Positions 19,703-28,309 of a stretch of DNA of 64,000 nt are shown here, one piece after another. The notes beneath the pieces were generated by a model. The model was not told the origin of the DNA. It saw nothing but the letters and a program-made list of their open reading frames with translations, and made no database searches. The stretch comes from Candidatus Bathyarchaeia archaeon. Its GTDB lineage: Archaea; Thermoproteota; Bathyarchaeia; Bathyarchaeales; Bathycorpusculaceae. The position numbers and the translations under genes were made by a program. The first letter of the stretch is position 1. Every line of letters starts with the position of its first letter. The stretch is from positions 1 through 64,000 of the forward strand of contig JBBFKZ010000002.1 of NCBI GenBank assembly GCA_037481775.1, read 5' to 3'.

Positions 19703-19870
19703 TTGGCTAAATGTCCAAAATGTGGTGCTGACGTTCCGAAGATGAAGAAGACATGGAAGATGGCTGGTCGACCAGACAAATCGGGAAAACGGATGCAACT
19801 GGAAATCGGGCTGTATCAATGCCCAAAGGGTCACACCTTCCGAGAAGTGCTGAGTAAAAAGAAAATCTAA
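19703..19870 (+). CDS. Cren7-like small chromatin protein with Zn ribbon
   Basis: Not in the ORF track (55 aa). GGAGG RBS, TTG start, MAKCPKCGADVPKMKKTWKMAGRPDKSGKRMQLEIGLYQCPKGHTFREVLSKKKI. The K.W...IGLY..P.G..FR pattern matches Cren7. Confidence 0.8.
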   Translation: MAKCPKCGADVPKMKKTWKMAGRPDKSGKRMQLEIGLYQCPKGHTFREVLSKKKI

Positions 19871-20035
19871 AACTCGCATACCCCGCCAAAACCTGCAGTA
19901 ACGCTTCACCGTTAACAGCTAGAAATCACCTGTTTTCCTTCCTCATTTTTCTTTTTTAATTAGAAAGGCGGTAACTTTTAAAATAGAGAGCACTTATTCA
20001 ATAAGAACACTTCACCATTAAATCGAGGCTTTGCT

Positions 20036-20692
20036 TTGAATCATAACCTAAAAAAGCTTTGGAGTAACGAGTACGTGCAAACCGCCGTTGTCATCGGTTT
20101 GGTTGCCTTATTAATCTTTGGCTTCTGGTATGGACTGCAAATCGCGTTAAACACGCCGTATCCTGCGTTGGCAGTGGTAAGTGGTAGCATGTGCGTGTCG
20201 TATGATGGCGCATGCGACGGCTGGTCCCATCCCTTCTCACCTACTTTGCACATAGGCGACCTTATAATCGTGCAGGGAGTAAACCCGCAAGAACTAAGCG
20301 CGGATTATCCAAATAGTGATATTATTGTCTTCAAAAAACCCTCAAATCCCGACGAGCTAATCGTACATAGAATAGTGGCTGTGGATGAAATTAATGGCAC
20401 ACTGTACTTTCGAACCAAAGGCGACGGAAACTCCCATGTTAAGTGGCCAGAAATCCCATCCCCTTCAGATTATGATCCATGGGGCACCAATGGTGTTCCA
20501 GGCATACGCGAGGACTATGTGGTAGGCAAAGTTGTTATGCGTATTCCTTGGATTGGACATATTGTTCTGTTTATGCGTAACTCGATAGGTTTACCAATAA
20601 TTGCAGCACTCATAGTAATAATAATATTTGTTGAGTTCATCCTCCCTCTGTTGAAAGGAAAGAAACAGAAAGAAGGACAACTGCAAACATAG
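20036..20692 (+). CDS. Signal peptidase I (Sec11/S26B type)
   Basis: VVSGSM, GDLIIV, IVHR and TKGDGN motifs; N- and C-terminal TM segments. Confidence 0.92.
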   Translation: MNHNLKKLWSNEYVQTAVVIGLVALLIFGFWYGLQIALNTPYPALAVVSGSMCVSYDGACDGWSHPFSPTLHIGDLIIVQGVNPQELSADYPNSDIIVFKKPSNPDELIVHRIVAVDEINGTLYFRTKGDGNSHVKWPEIPSPSDYDPWGTNGVPGIREDYVVGKVVMRIPWIGHIVLFMRNSIGLPIIAALIVIIIFVEFILPLLKGKKQKEGQLQT

Positions 20693-20762
20693 ATGTATTT
20701 ATAAAGAAAACCCTTTATAACAAATGTGTGTTCAGTCAAAGACGCGATGAGAAGGGAAAATA

Positions 20763-21323
20763 ATGCCACAAGTTAAAGCTACAATAAGTATCGAAAACGT
20801 CGTTGCTTCAGCAACCTTAAATCAAAAAGTTGACTTAAACGCGGTGGTGAAAGGCTACCCCGGCGTCGAGTATCGTCCAGAGCAGTTTCCTGGGCTAGTA
20901 TTTAGGTTGAAAAGACCGAAGACGGCAACGCTGATTTTTAACTCAGGGAAAATGGTATGTACCGGCGCAAAGTCCGAGAAGGAAGCGCGTAGGGCTGTTA
21001 TGAAAGTCATTAAAGAACTGAAAAAAGGCGGAATAATAATTATCAGTAAACCAGAGTTAAAAATACAGAATATCGTGGCTTCCGCAGGTTTGGGTGGGCT
21101 GATTGACTTGGAAAAGGCTGCTTACACGCTTGGAAAAACTATGTATGAACCTGAACAGTTTCCAGGCTTAATCTACAGAATGGACGAGCCTAAAGTGGTA
21201 ATTCTGCTGTTTGCAAGTGGGAAACTCGTCTGTACTGGAGCTAAGAGAGAACAGGATGTTTATGACGCAGTGCAAAAACTGCATGTGCTGTTAGAGGAGA
21301 AAAAACTGATTTTCTATGATTAG
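20763..21323 (+). CDS. tbp: TATA-box binding protein
   Basis: Two repeats of NVVAS/NIVAS...Y.PEQFPGL..R...LIF.SGK.VCTGAK. Confidence 0.98.
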   Translation: MPQVKATISIENVVASATLNQKVDLNAVVKGYPGVEYRPEQFPGLVFRLKRPKTATLIFNSGKMVCTGAKSEKEARRAVMKVIKELKKGGIIIISKPELKIQNIVASAGLGGLIDLEKAAYTLGKTMYEPEQFPGLIYRMDEPKVVILLFASGKLVCTGAKREQDVYDAVQKLHVLLEEKKLIFYD

Positions 21324-21358
21324 GCGGCTAAGTAGCGTTTTTGCCTCAATTTTTCTAT

Positions 21359-21991
21359 TCATTTCTTAACTTGCTTTAAAATGGTTTTGAAGCTTTCTTC
21401 GTCAATGGCGCCTAACTCATACAATATGTTAGCCACTTCGCTTATTTTGACCAGCGTGTGAACTTTTATTCCCATCTTTTCAAGTTTTTCTCTTCCGCCT
21501 TCCTCTCTATCCAAGAAAGCGACTGCATCGTTGACGACGCCGCCTTCAGCTCTTATGGCTTGCACCGCTTTTTTCAGATTCAATCCAGTTGTAATTAAAT
21601 CGTCAATGAGCAAAACGCGGTCTCCAGAGACAAGGATTCCTTCAACTCTTCTCTGTCTTCCGTGTCGTCGAATGCCTTTGCGTACATATAGAAACGGCTT
21701 CCTTAGGTTGTAGGCGATTTGGGAGGCGAAAGGTATGCCTGCGATGGGCACTCCAGCGATCCTGTCAAAGTTTTTCAGTCCCACTTCAGTGGTTATGTAG
21801 GCTCCGTAGAAATCGCAGATTTGCCTATAGGCATCTGGGAAGCTGGGCACTATCCGAAGGTCTATATAGTATGGGCTTATTTTGCCGCTGGAGAGTTTGA
21901 AGACTCCGAATTTTAAAGCGTCTATTTTATGCAGTGCCTTAGCTATCTCATTTTTCTTTTTTTGATTCTCTTGCGCTGTAAAGGTTCTCAC
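21359..21991 (-). CDS. pyrE: Orotate phosphoribosyltransferase
   Basis: FGVFKLSSGKISPYYIDLR and the PRPP loop LLIDDLITTG. Confidence 0.93.
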   Translation of the reverse strand: MRTFTAQENQKKKNEIAKALHKIDALKFGVFKLSSGKISPYYIDLRIVPSFPDAYRQICDFYGAYITTEVGLKNFDRIAGVPIAGIPFASQIAYNLRKPFLYVRKGIRRHGRQRRVEGILVSGDRVLLIDDLITTGLNLKKAVQAIRAEGGVVNDAVAFLDREEGGREKLEKMGIKVHTLVKISEVANILYELGAIDEESFKTILKQVKK

Positions 21992-22677
21992 TTCCTCTTT
22001 GAAACTTGATAAATCTTGTTAAGCTCAGGAATCAAGCATGCGGTTCTTGGCAACTCTTTTTTGAGCAAATCCGCGAATTTCTGCTGTTGCGCAACTGAGT
22101 TTGTATGGTAAGGCACAGCTACTTGAGGCTTTGTTAATCTTGCGATTTCAAAACCTGTTTCAGGCGATGTACTAGGCGCAATTCCTACGGTGCAGAAGAC
22201 AACATCAAATTTTTCTCTCTCACCGATAGCGGCAAGTTCAGGATAAGGCAAACTGTCCGCGGTGTGGAAGACTTTGACGCCGTCTTCGCTTGTGATTATA
22301 TATGTTACGGGCTTGACTGCGGGATGATTACATTTTTCCGCTTTAACCGAAACATCGCCTACTTTAATTTCTTCGCCAACACAAATCTCCCGTAGCTTAT
22401 CTGAGGGAACAATATGCCGTAATCGATTCGCCGAGGAAGAATCAGCTATAATTGTGCAGTTTGCGACTTTTTGAATTTCCGCTATTAACCGCTGATCTAA
22501 GTGATCATAATGCTCGTGAGTAATTAAAATTGCATCCGTATTAAGAAAACTGCGAGCCTTTACATCCACAGGATCTATAACCAGAGTTTTCGAGGGAGTT
22601 TTAATGAGTACACCAGAATAATGGTTAAACCATACGAAAAGAATGGCGTTTTTTTCAGGAGTGCTTTCTACAGGCAT
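21988..22677 (-). CDS. Metallo-beta-lactamase fold hydrolase
   Basis: ITHEHYDHLD, FHTADS and PYH motifs. Confidence 0.88.
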   Translation of the reverse strand: MPVESTPEKNAILFVWFNHYSGVLIKTPSKTLVIDPVDVKARSFLNTDAILITHEHYDHLDQRLIAEIQKVANCTIIADSSSANRLRHIVPSDKLREICVGEEIKVGDVSVKAEKCNHPAVKPVTYIITSEDGVKVFHTADSLPYPELAAIGEREKFDVVFCTVGIAPSTSPETGFEIARLTKPQVAVPYHTNSVAQQQKFADLLKKELPRTACLIPELNKIYQVSKRK

Positions 22678-22769
22678 GCTGATTCCTCCACACGAAATTA
22701 TTACGCGCCATGTTTTAAAGAAGTTTCCGTTTCCTTCATCTCATATATAGTGCCAGCACTAGCAGCAGA

Positions 22770-22828
22770 ATAGCCCCTCTATAGGTTTCTGCATTGAATT
22801 GCTAATATGCGCCAAATATGAAGGCGCT
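22770..22828 (-). repeat. Dispersed intergenic repeat, copy B
   Basis: + strand atagcccctctataggtttctgcattgaattgctaatatgcgccaaatatgaaggcgct; 4 substitutions relative to copy A. Confidence 0.9.
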
Positions 22829-22945
22829 GTAGTTTTGAAGCCGCCTTTTTACTGCAGCAGAAATATCGATTAACGATTGCGAAAGGTTAGTTGCAGCGTT
22901 GATGTATTGAGGAAGCGAGAAAATTATGCCGTAATCTGTGATTGT

Positions 22946-23626
22946 TTACTTCCTTTCTGCTTGGTTTGATTTGGATCCTGTAATCTTTTGGTTGAAGTAG
23001 TGGTAGTATTTTTCAATTTTTAGCCGAAGCGGCACCGGCGTGCCGAAAGGTTGGCAGCGGCCGGCCGCGATTGCTTTCACAATGGCGTCAACGTCAAGTG
23101 GCGCTTCAATAAGTGTGTAGGCGTAGCCTATTGCTGGTGCATAGTGGGCATCGGTTCCAGCGACCTGTGGAAGCTTTAGCTGCGCTGCGATTTCTTCTGC
23201 CTTTCGCACGCTGCGCTTGAATGGGGTTGCAGAGGCGTTTATGGTTTCGACGGCGTCAAACTTGCCTGAAGCATGCTTGCCCAAGCTGCCTTTAAGAAGT
23301 GCAAAGGGGTGGCATGCAACTGCTACGCCGCCTGCTCTGTGGATTCGGTCAACGGTTTCTTCTACGCTTAAGCCCTTCGACACGGGTTCCTGCATGTTAA
23401 GGGCGACTATATGGCCGTTGCGGCTTGAAACCTCTATGCCTGGAATAATGAGCACGTCTGTTTCTGCTTCTTTTGCTATTTTTAATGCGCCTTCGATGGT
23501 GTTGTGGTCTGTTATAGCTACGGCGTTTAATCCTCTTTTCTTCGCGTAGAAAACAAGGTCCTTAGGCGTAATTAATGAGTCGCGTGAGTAAATGGTGTGT
23601 ACGTGCAGGTCGGCTTTAACTTGCAT
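22946..23626 (-). CDS. PHP-domain metal-dependent phosphoesterase
   Basis: DLHVHT, ITDHN, PGIEVS, CHPF and GTDAH motifs. Confidence 0.92.
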   Translation of the reverse strand: MQVKADLHVHTIYSRDSLITPKDLVFYAKKRGLNAVAITDHNTIEGALKIAKEAETDVLIIPGIEVSSRNGHIVALNMQEPVSKGLSVEETVDRIHRAGGVAVACHPFALLKGSLGKHASGKFDAVETINASATPFKRSVRKAEEIAAQLKLPQVAGTDAHYAPAIGYAYTLIEAPLDVDAIVKAIAAGRCQPFGTPVPLRLKIEKYYHYFNQKITGSKSNQAERK

Positions 23627-23655
23627 TTTCTATGCATCACACTGTTCATTTTTGG

Positions 23656-25365
23656 CTAAAGCTTCACTGTGTTCTCTCTAATTTTCGCTAGCAACTCGTC
23701 GAGTTTCTTTTCGTCAGCGTCTATCTTGCGGAAAAGCGGTGAAGCCTTGGCTATTTTGTGGCCCGCAGCCAACGGCTTTAAGGCGTCTTCCCATGTGCTT
23801 TTGTGAACGCTTCCATGAAGATTTAGCGTTTGCCAGAGTTGCTCCGCTATTGTTGGCATAAACGGCGCCGCGGCTATGGCAGTGGCTTTCACGATTTGCG
23901 CGGCCACATACAGAATTGTTGCCGCTCTTTCCTTGTCCGTTTTAATTAGGTTCCATGGCTCTTTTTCATTTAGGTACTGATTTCCAACTCGGCCCATGCT
24001 TATCAGCGTGTTCGCCGCAGACTGCAGCTTAGCCGCTTCAAATTCTTCAACTATTTCGCGCACTTTTTCTCTAATATCCTGAAGCACCGCCTCGTCTTCT
24101 ACGGTTAGTTTTTGCGGTTGCGGAATTTCGCTGTTGAAGCGGGCGTTTATGAAGCTTAGAGTTCTATGAATGAAGTTGCCGAATGTGTCATTCAAATCTG
24201 CATTTATTTTTTCAAGGAAGAAATCCCAAGAAAAGTTTGCGTCTTTAGTTTCTGGCCGCGTGGCCATCAGGAAGAAGCGCCAGTAATCAGCTGGAAACAG
24301 CTCTAACGCCTCGTCTATCCAGATGCCGATCCGCTGGCTTTTGGAGGCTTTCGCGCCTTTGAACTGGAGAAACTCGGTGGCTGAAACATTCCAGGGAAGA
24401 TTGTAATCTTCTCCTGTAGCCAGCAGCAGAGCTGGAAGAATTATGGTGTGGAAGGGTATGTTGTCTTTTCCCACGAAATACAGGGTTTTAGCTGACTTGT
24501 CAAACCAGAATTCACGCCACTTCTCAGGAGCGCCTATACGCCGACAATACTCTATGGTCGCGGACACGTAGCCCAAGACGGCTTCAACCCACACGTAAAT
24601 TGTTTTACCTTCTGCCCCTGGAAACGGCGCTGGAATCCCCCATTCCACATCCCGCGTGACCGCCCGCGGCTTCAATCCTTCCTTTATCCAGTTTAAGCTG
24701 AAGTTTTTGGCGTTAGCTGGAAGCTGCTGATTATTCTTAATGTACGTAGTAAGCGGCTCTGCAAATCTCGAGAGGTCAATGTACCAGTGCCGCGTGGTCT
24801 TAACTATCGGTGTGTTCCCGCAAATAACGCAGCGCGGTTCTACCAGGAAGGTGGTTTCTAAAAGCCTGCCGCACATGTCACATTGGTCACCGCGTGCCCG
24901 CTCGTAACCGCAGTAGGGACATTTCCCCTCCACAAACCTGTCAGGCAGAAACCGCTGGTCATGCTCACAGTACAGCATCTGCGTGTCTTGGCTGAATATG
25001 TAGCCGTTCCGGTAAATTTTCATCAACGTTTCCTGCACGAACTCTTTATGCACCGGGCTTTCGGTCCGCGTGTAATTATCAAATGAAATGCCCCATTTCT
25101 GGAATAACGCTGCTACACGCGCATGGTTCCTATCAGTCAGCTCTTTAGGCGTTATTCCCTGCCTGAGGGCTTCAACCTCAATGGGTGTACCATGCTCGTC
25201 CGAACCGCTTACTAAAAGCACATCATCTCCGCGTAGCCTGTAATATCGTGCGGCTACGTCTGCGGACAAAACGGAGCCGACGAGATTACCAAGATGTGGG
25301 ATTACGTTAATGTATGGCCAAGCGGATGTAACTAGAACCTTTGCGAATTTAACGGCACCCTCCAA
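23656..25365 (-). CDS. metG: Methionine--tRNA ligase
   Basis: SAWPYIN..PHLGN, GSDEHG, Zn knuckles, GKDNIPFH and KASKS motifs. Confidence 0.97.
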   Translation of the reverse strand: MEGAVKFAKVLVTSAWPYINVIPHLGNLVGSVLSADVAARYYRLRGDDVLLVSGSDEHGTPIEVEALRQGITPKELTDRNHARVAALFQKWGISFDNYTRTESPVHKEFVQETLMKIYRNGYIFSQDTQMLYCEHDQRFLPDRFVEGKCPYCGYERARGDQCDMCGRLLETTFLVEPRCVICGNTPIVKTTRHWYIDLSRFAEPLTTYIKNNQQLPANAKNFSLNWIKEGLKPRAVTRDVEWGIPAPFPGAEGKTIYVWVEAVLGYVSATIEYCRRIGAPEKWREFWFDKSAKTLYFVGKDNIPFHTIILPALLLATGEDYNLPWNVSATEFLQFKGAKASKSQRIGIWIDEALELFPADYWRFFLMATRPETKDANFSWDFFLEKINADLNDTFGNFIHRTLSFINARFNSEIPQPQKLTVEDEAVLQDIREKVREIVEEFEAAKLQSAANTLISMGRVGNQYLNEKEPWNLIKTDKERAATILYVAAQIVKATAIAAAPFMPTIAEQLWQTLNLHGSVHKSTWEDALKPLAAGHKIAKASPLFRKIDADEKKLDELLAKIRENTVKL

Positions 25366-25452
25366 ATGGTTCAGTTTAGACGTGCAATCAGATGTAAAAA
25401 CTATTACTTAATTCTGACGCTACAAGATTGCTCAGAAAAAGCGAAGTTAACG

Positions 25453-25989
25453 CTAAGTTAATTTTATCACTATGGTCTGCGAAAGATAATTGAAGGCTCG
25501 TTGCCGACTTTTCGGGTAAAGTATCCAGCCGAGGATGCAGTCCAACGGAAGTAGGAAGGCTTTACCCAGGCTTTCCAGGGCAGCCATGCTTATTCCGATT
25601 TTACCGCCGTCTAAACGAACAACCTTTATCTGCATAATCATTTTCCCCAGTGATTGTCCATACATGCCTTCCATGAACATCCAGTACAAGAAGTACAGGA
25701 CGCTGCCGGCATTAAAGAAAGGCACCCAATTAGGCCAACCTGGCCACGTCAAGCCAGCGAACAAATTGAATAGGTTCAATATGCCTACAATCACGCCTAT
25801 GATGATGACGTCTATTAACCATGCGACAAAGCGTTCGCCCCAAAATGCCAACTTCAACCCAGACGAAATAGTTTGTGCCGTCGCTGCGGGCGGCGCAGCA
25901 GGCGATTCTGCTGCTACGGCAGTTCCGCAAACTGGACAATATTTCGCTTCTTCGGGAAGTGCATTCCCACATTTAGTGCAGTAAGTCAT
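25453..25989 (-). CDS. Zinc-ribbon/RDD family membrane protein
   Basis: YCTKCG..YCPVCG ribbon, then RFVAWLID and GQSLGK RDD motifs. Probable ATG at 25989. Confidence 0.88.
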   Translation of the reverse strand: MTYCTKCGNALPEEAKYCPVCGTAVAAESPAAPPAATAQTISSGLKLAFWGERFVAWLIDVIIIGVIVGILNLFNLFAGLTWPGWPNWVPFFNAGSVLYFLYWMFMEGMYGQSLGKMIMQIKVVRLDGGKIGISMAALESLGKAFLLPLDCILGWILYPKSRQRAFNYLSQTIVIKLT

Positions 25990-26125
25990 TGCAATTTTCC
26001 TCAACTCTACTAAAAGGGAATAAGGTATATTTCCCTTTTCACTCTTCCAAAGCTTAAAACAAAGCTGGCACTTCACCAACGCAGATTCACAATAGTCTAA
26101 TTATCAAGTGCCAGACTGAAGTTTT

Positions 26126-26680
26126 TCACGCTTGCGCACTAATAATATAATGGTTGCGTCCGACGTCATTTACGCTCTCAATTCTAAAGCCCGCCGCCTT
26201 TATGAGGCTTGCAGCTTGTTCTTCGCTAAACCGTATATGCACTGGAGGCCCAAACAACGTGGGTTTCTTTTTCCAATCTATGTTTACAAGTTTGCCGCCG
26301 TGCTTGAGCATCTGCTTAGCGTTGCGTAAAACCTTAGCTGGATCCTTAAAATCATGAAGCACCGTGCTGTAGAAAACAATGTCGGCGCATCCCTCGCAGA
26401 AAACCGTGTCCTCAGCCGCGGCAGCCACCGCATAAATGTTTTTCACGCCTTCTTTTTCGGCTTTGCGTTTTAAGCGTTCAATGGCCGCGGCGTTCATATC
26501 CACAGCGTAGACTCTGCCTGCTTCCCCTACGCTTCTGGCAGCGGGAATAGTGAAGAAGCCGTCACCGCAGCCTACATCAATAAACACCATGCCCGCGCGT
26601 AAGCCTATGCTCTCCAAATTCACTCTTGGGCGATGCCACCTCCGCAGCGTCCCCTCGCCGCAGTGTATATGTTCGCTCAT
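26126..26680 (-). CDS. Class I SAM-dependent methyltransferase
   Basis: IDVGCGDG, VYAVD, VLHD and IDWKK..GPP motifs. Confidence 0.88.
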   Translation of the reverse strand: MSEHIHCGEGTLRRWHRPRVNLESIGLRAGMVFIDVGCGDGFFTIPAARSVGEAGRVYAVDMNAAAIERLKRKAEKEGVKNIYAVAAAAEDTVFCEGCADIVFYSTVLHDFKDPAKVLRNAKQMLKHGGKLVNIDWKKKPTLFGPPVHIRFSEEQAASLIKAAGFRIESVNDVGRNHYIISAQA

Positions 26681-26701
26681 ATAGTTTACCTTCTCAAGCT
26701 G

Positions 26702-26842
26702 TTATTCTTCTGCGTGGTGCTTCATAACTTTAGGCATCTTCCACTGCATCTTAGACATTGCTTCCTTCATCATATCCATCAGCGCCTCGTTAACTTCCAT
26801 CTCTACCGTAACCTTCACACGTCCCTTTTTTTCTTCAGACAT
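26702..26842 (-). CDS. Small Met-rich hypothetical protein (46 aa)
   Basis: Not in the ORF track. Strong GGAGGTGA RBS; MSEEKKGRVKVTVEMEVNEALMDMMKEAMSKMQWKMPKVMKHHAEE; fills the gap in a co-oriented operon. Confidence 0.72.
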   Translation of the reverse strand: MSEEKKGRVKVTVEMEVNEALMDMMKEAMSKMQWKMPKVMKHHAEE

Positions 26843-26846
26843 TAAA

Positions 26847-27158
26847 TCACCTCCCTCCACTTAGTTTGTTAAGCAATAACGCATCAAGAGCACGCGCAGT
26901 TTGCTGGGATGTCAATTCCAAATTAATTTCCATTTTATAGTTAAATTTGCCGAGCCTGCGCGTTGTGGCATGAAAACTAGAAATCCACCCTTCTCTTTCC
27001 AATTCCTGAAGTCGCTGAACCAAATAGCGTGAGATAAAAAGCGGAGCCAGCGGCTCAAAAAAGAATGCCCCTTTTATCAATAAACTGAAAAATCTCTGAC
27101 GCACCGAGGTTGACACATGCTTCTCCTTCTTCAAGCTTAACCTAAAATATGTTCGCAA
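26847..27158 (-). CDS. Hypothetical protein
   Basis: ORF whose stop overlaps the RBS of the small ORF. The start is uncertain. Confidence 0.55.
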   Translation of the reverse strand: MRTYFRLSLKKEKHVSTSVRQRFFSLLIKGAFFFEPLAPLFISRYLVQRLQELEREGWISSFHATTRRLGKFNYKMEINLELTSQQTARALDALLLNKLSGGR

Positions 27159-27237
27159 TTACGCCTTGCTTAATAGTAAGTAAATCGATTTTTTAAGTTT
27201 GCGTAAATGCGCATAAAAAACTGAAGTGTGAGCCACA

Positions 27238-27744
27238 TTGAGTATAGCAGAGCTAAATGAGCAAATCAAGAACTGCAGAAAGTGCCCGCTGTGGCAAGGC
27301 GCAACACAAGCTGTTCCAGGCGAAGGTCCACTTGACGCTAAAGTGATGCTGGTAGGGCAGAATCCCGGCGCGGAGGAAGACAAGACAGGCAGACCCTTCG
27401 TTGGAAGGGCAGGAAAATTCCTAAACAAAACGTTAGCTGAGAACAGAATAAACCGAGAAGAATTATTCATAACCAACATTGTCAAGCACATGACGCCGGG
27501 GAACAGGAAGCCCTTGGCTGATGAAATAACCGCATGTTTGCCCCACTTACTTGAGCAAATCAGAATAATCAAACCAAAAATAATTGTGCTTTTAGGTGCA
27601 GCAGCAAAAGAGACCCCCCGCATAGAGGGCATCAAATACGTAGAAATAATTCATCCGTCGGCTGCAATGCGTTTCACAGGCATGCGAGAAAAATTCAGGA
27701 AACAAATTGCCGTGCTGGCAATGCATTTGCAGCAATTAGCTTAG
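27238..27744 (+). CDS. udg: Uracil-DNA glycosylase family 4
   Basis: CRKCPL, VPGEG, VGQNPG..ED..GRPFVGRAG and HPSA motifs. Confidence 0.92.
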   Translation: MSIAELNEQIKNCRKCPLWQGATQAVPGEGPLDAKVMLVGQNPGAEEDKTGRPFVGRAGKFLNKTLAENRINREELFITNIVKHMTPGNRKPLADEITACLPHLLEQIRIIKPKIIVLLGAAAKETPRIEGIKYVEIIHPSAAMRFTGMREKFRKQIAVLAMHLQQLA

Positions 27745-27934
27745 AAATAGGCTCCTGTATTACATTCGCAAGCAATGCGCTGTAGCGCTTGCGTAACATA
27801 AAGCTTTAATCTTGATCGTGAATTCATAAGATACTTATTAATTAAATTCATATTAGCCGTAAGAATTCAGAGTTGAAATTAAGAAACGCTTAACTGTTAA
27901 AAGCGCTTAAATAGCAAAGACAGAGAGGAGAAAT

Positions 27935-28309
27935 TTGCCATCAATTGGGCTGTTCCGTAAACCAAAGAAAGAAGGCGAAGAAAAAGCAGAAGCGCCTTCT
28001 CCAGAAAATAAAGAGCCCGCTAACAAAACATATCTGAAAGCTATGCCTCTTCGAGAATTATCCGACTTGGAAATCATCAAGAACGAAGTTAAAAATGGGA
28101 ATGTCCTTATTCTCAGGATTACGCCTCTGGCAAGCAAAAGCATCGAAGACGTGAAACGCGCAGTAAACGAGCTATACGAGTTCGCCGAATCCATTGGCGG
28201 AGACATCGCCCGCCTAGGCGAAGAAAGAGTCGTCATCTGCCCGCAGAACATAAAAATCTGGAGAGAAAAACCACAGGTTTCAAAAGAAACCTTGCCTACA
28301 GCAGCCTGA
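27935..28309 (+). CDS. sepF: Cell division SepF-like protein (archaeal type)
   Basis: IKNEVKNGNVLIL and GGDIARLGEERVVICP motifs. Confidence 0.8.
   Translation: MPSIGLFRKPKKEGEEKAEAPSPENKEPANKTYLKAMPLRELSDLEIIKNEVKNGNVLILRITPLASKSIEDVKRAVNELYEFAESIGGDIARLGEERVVICPQNIKIWREKPQVSKETLPTAA

Noticed and set aside
28296-28309. Convergent 14-bp overlap of sepF and aCPSF1
   Set aside because: Short tail-to-tail overlaps are common in compact archaeal genomes.
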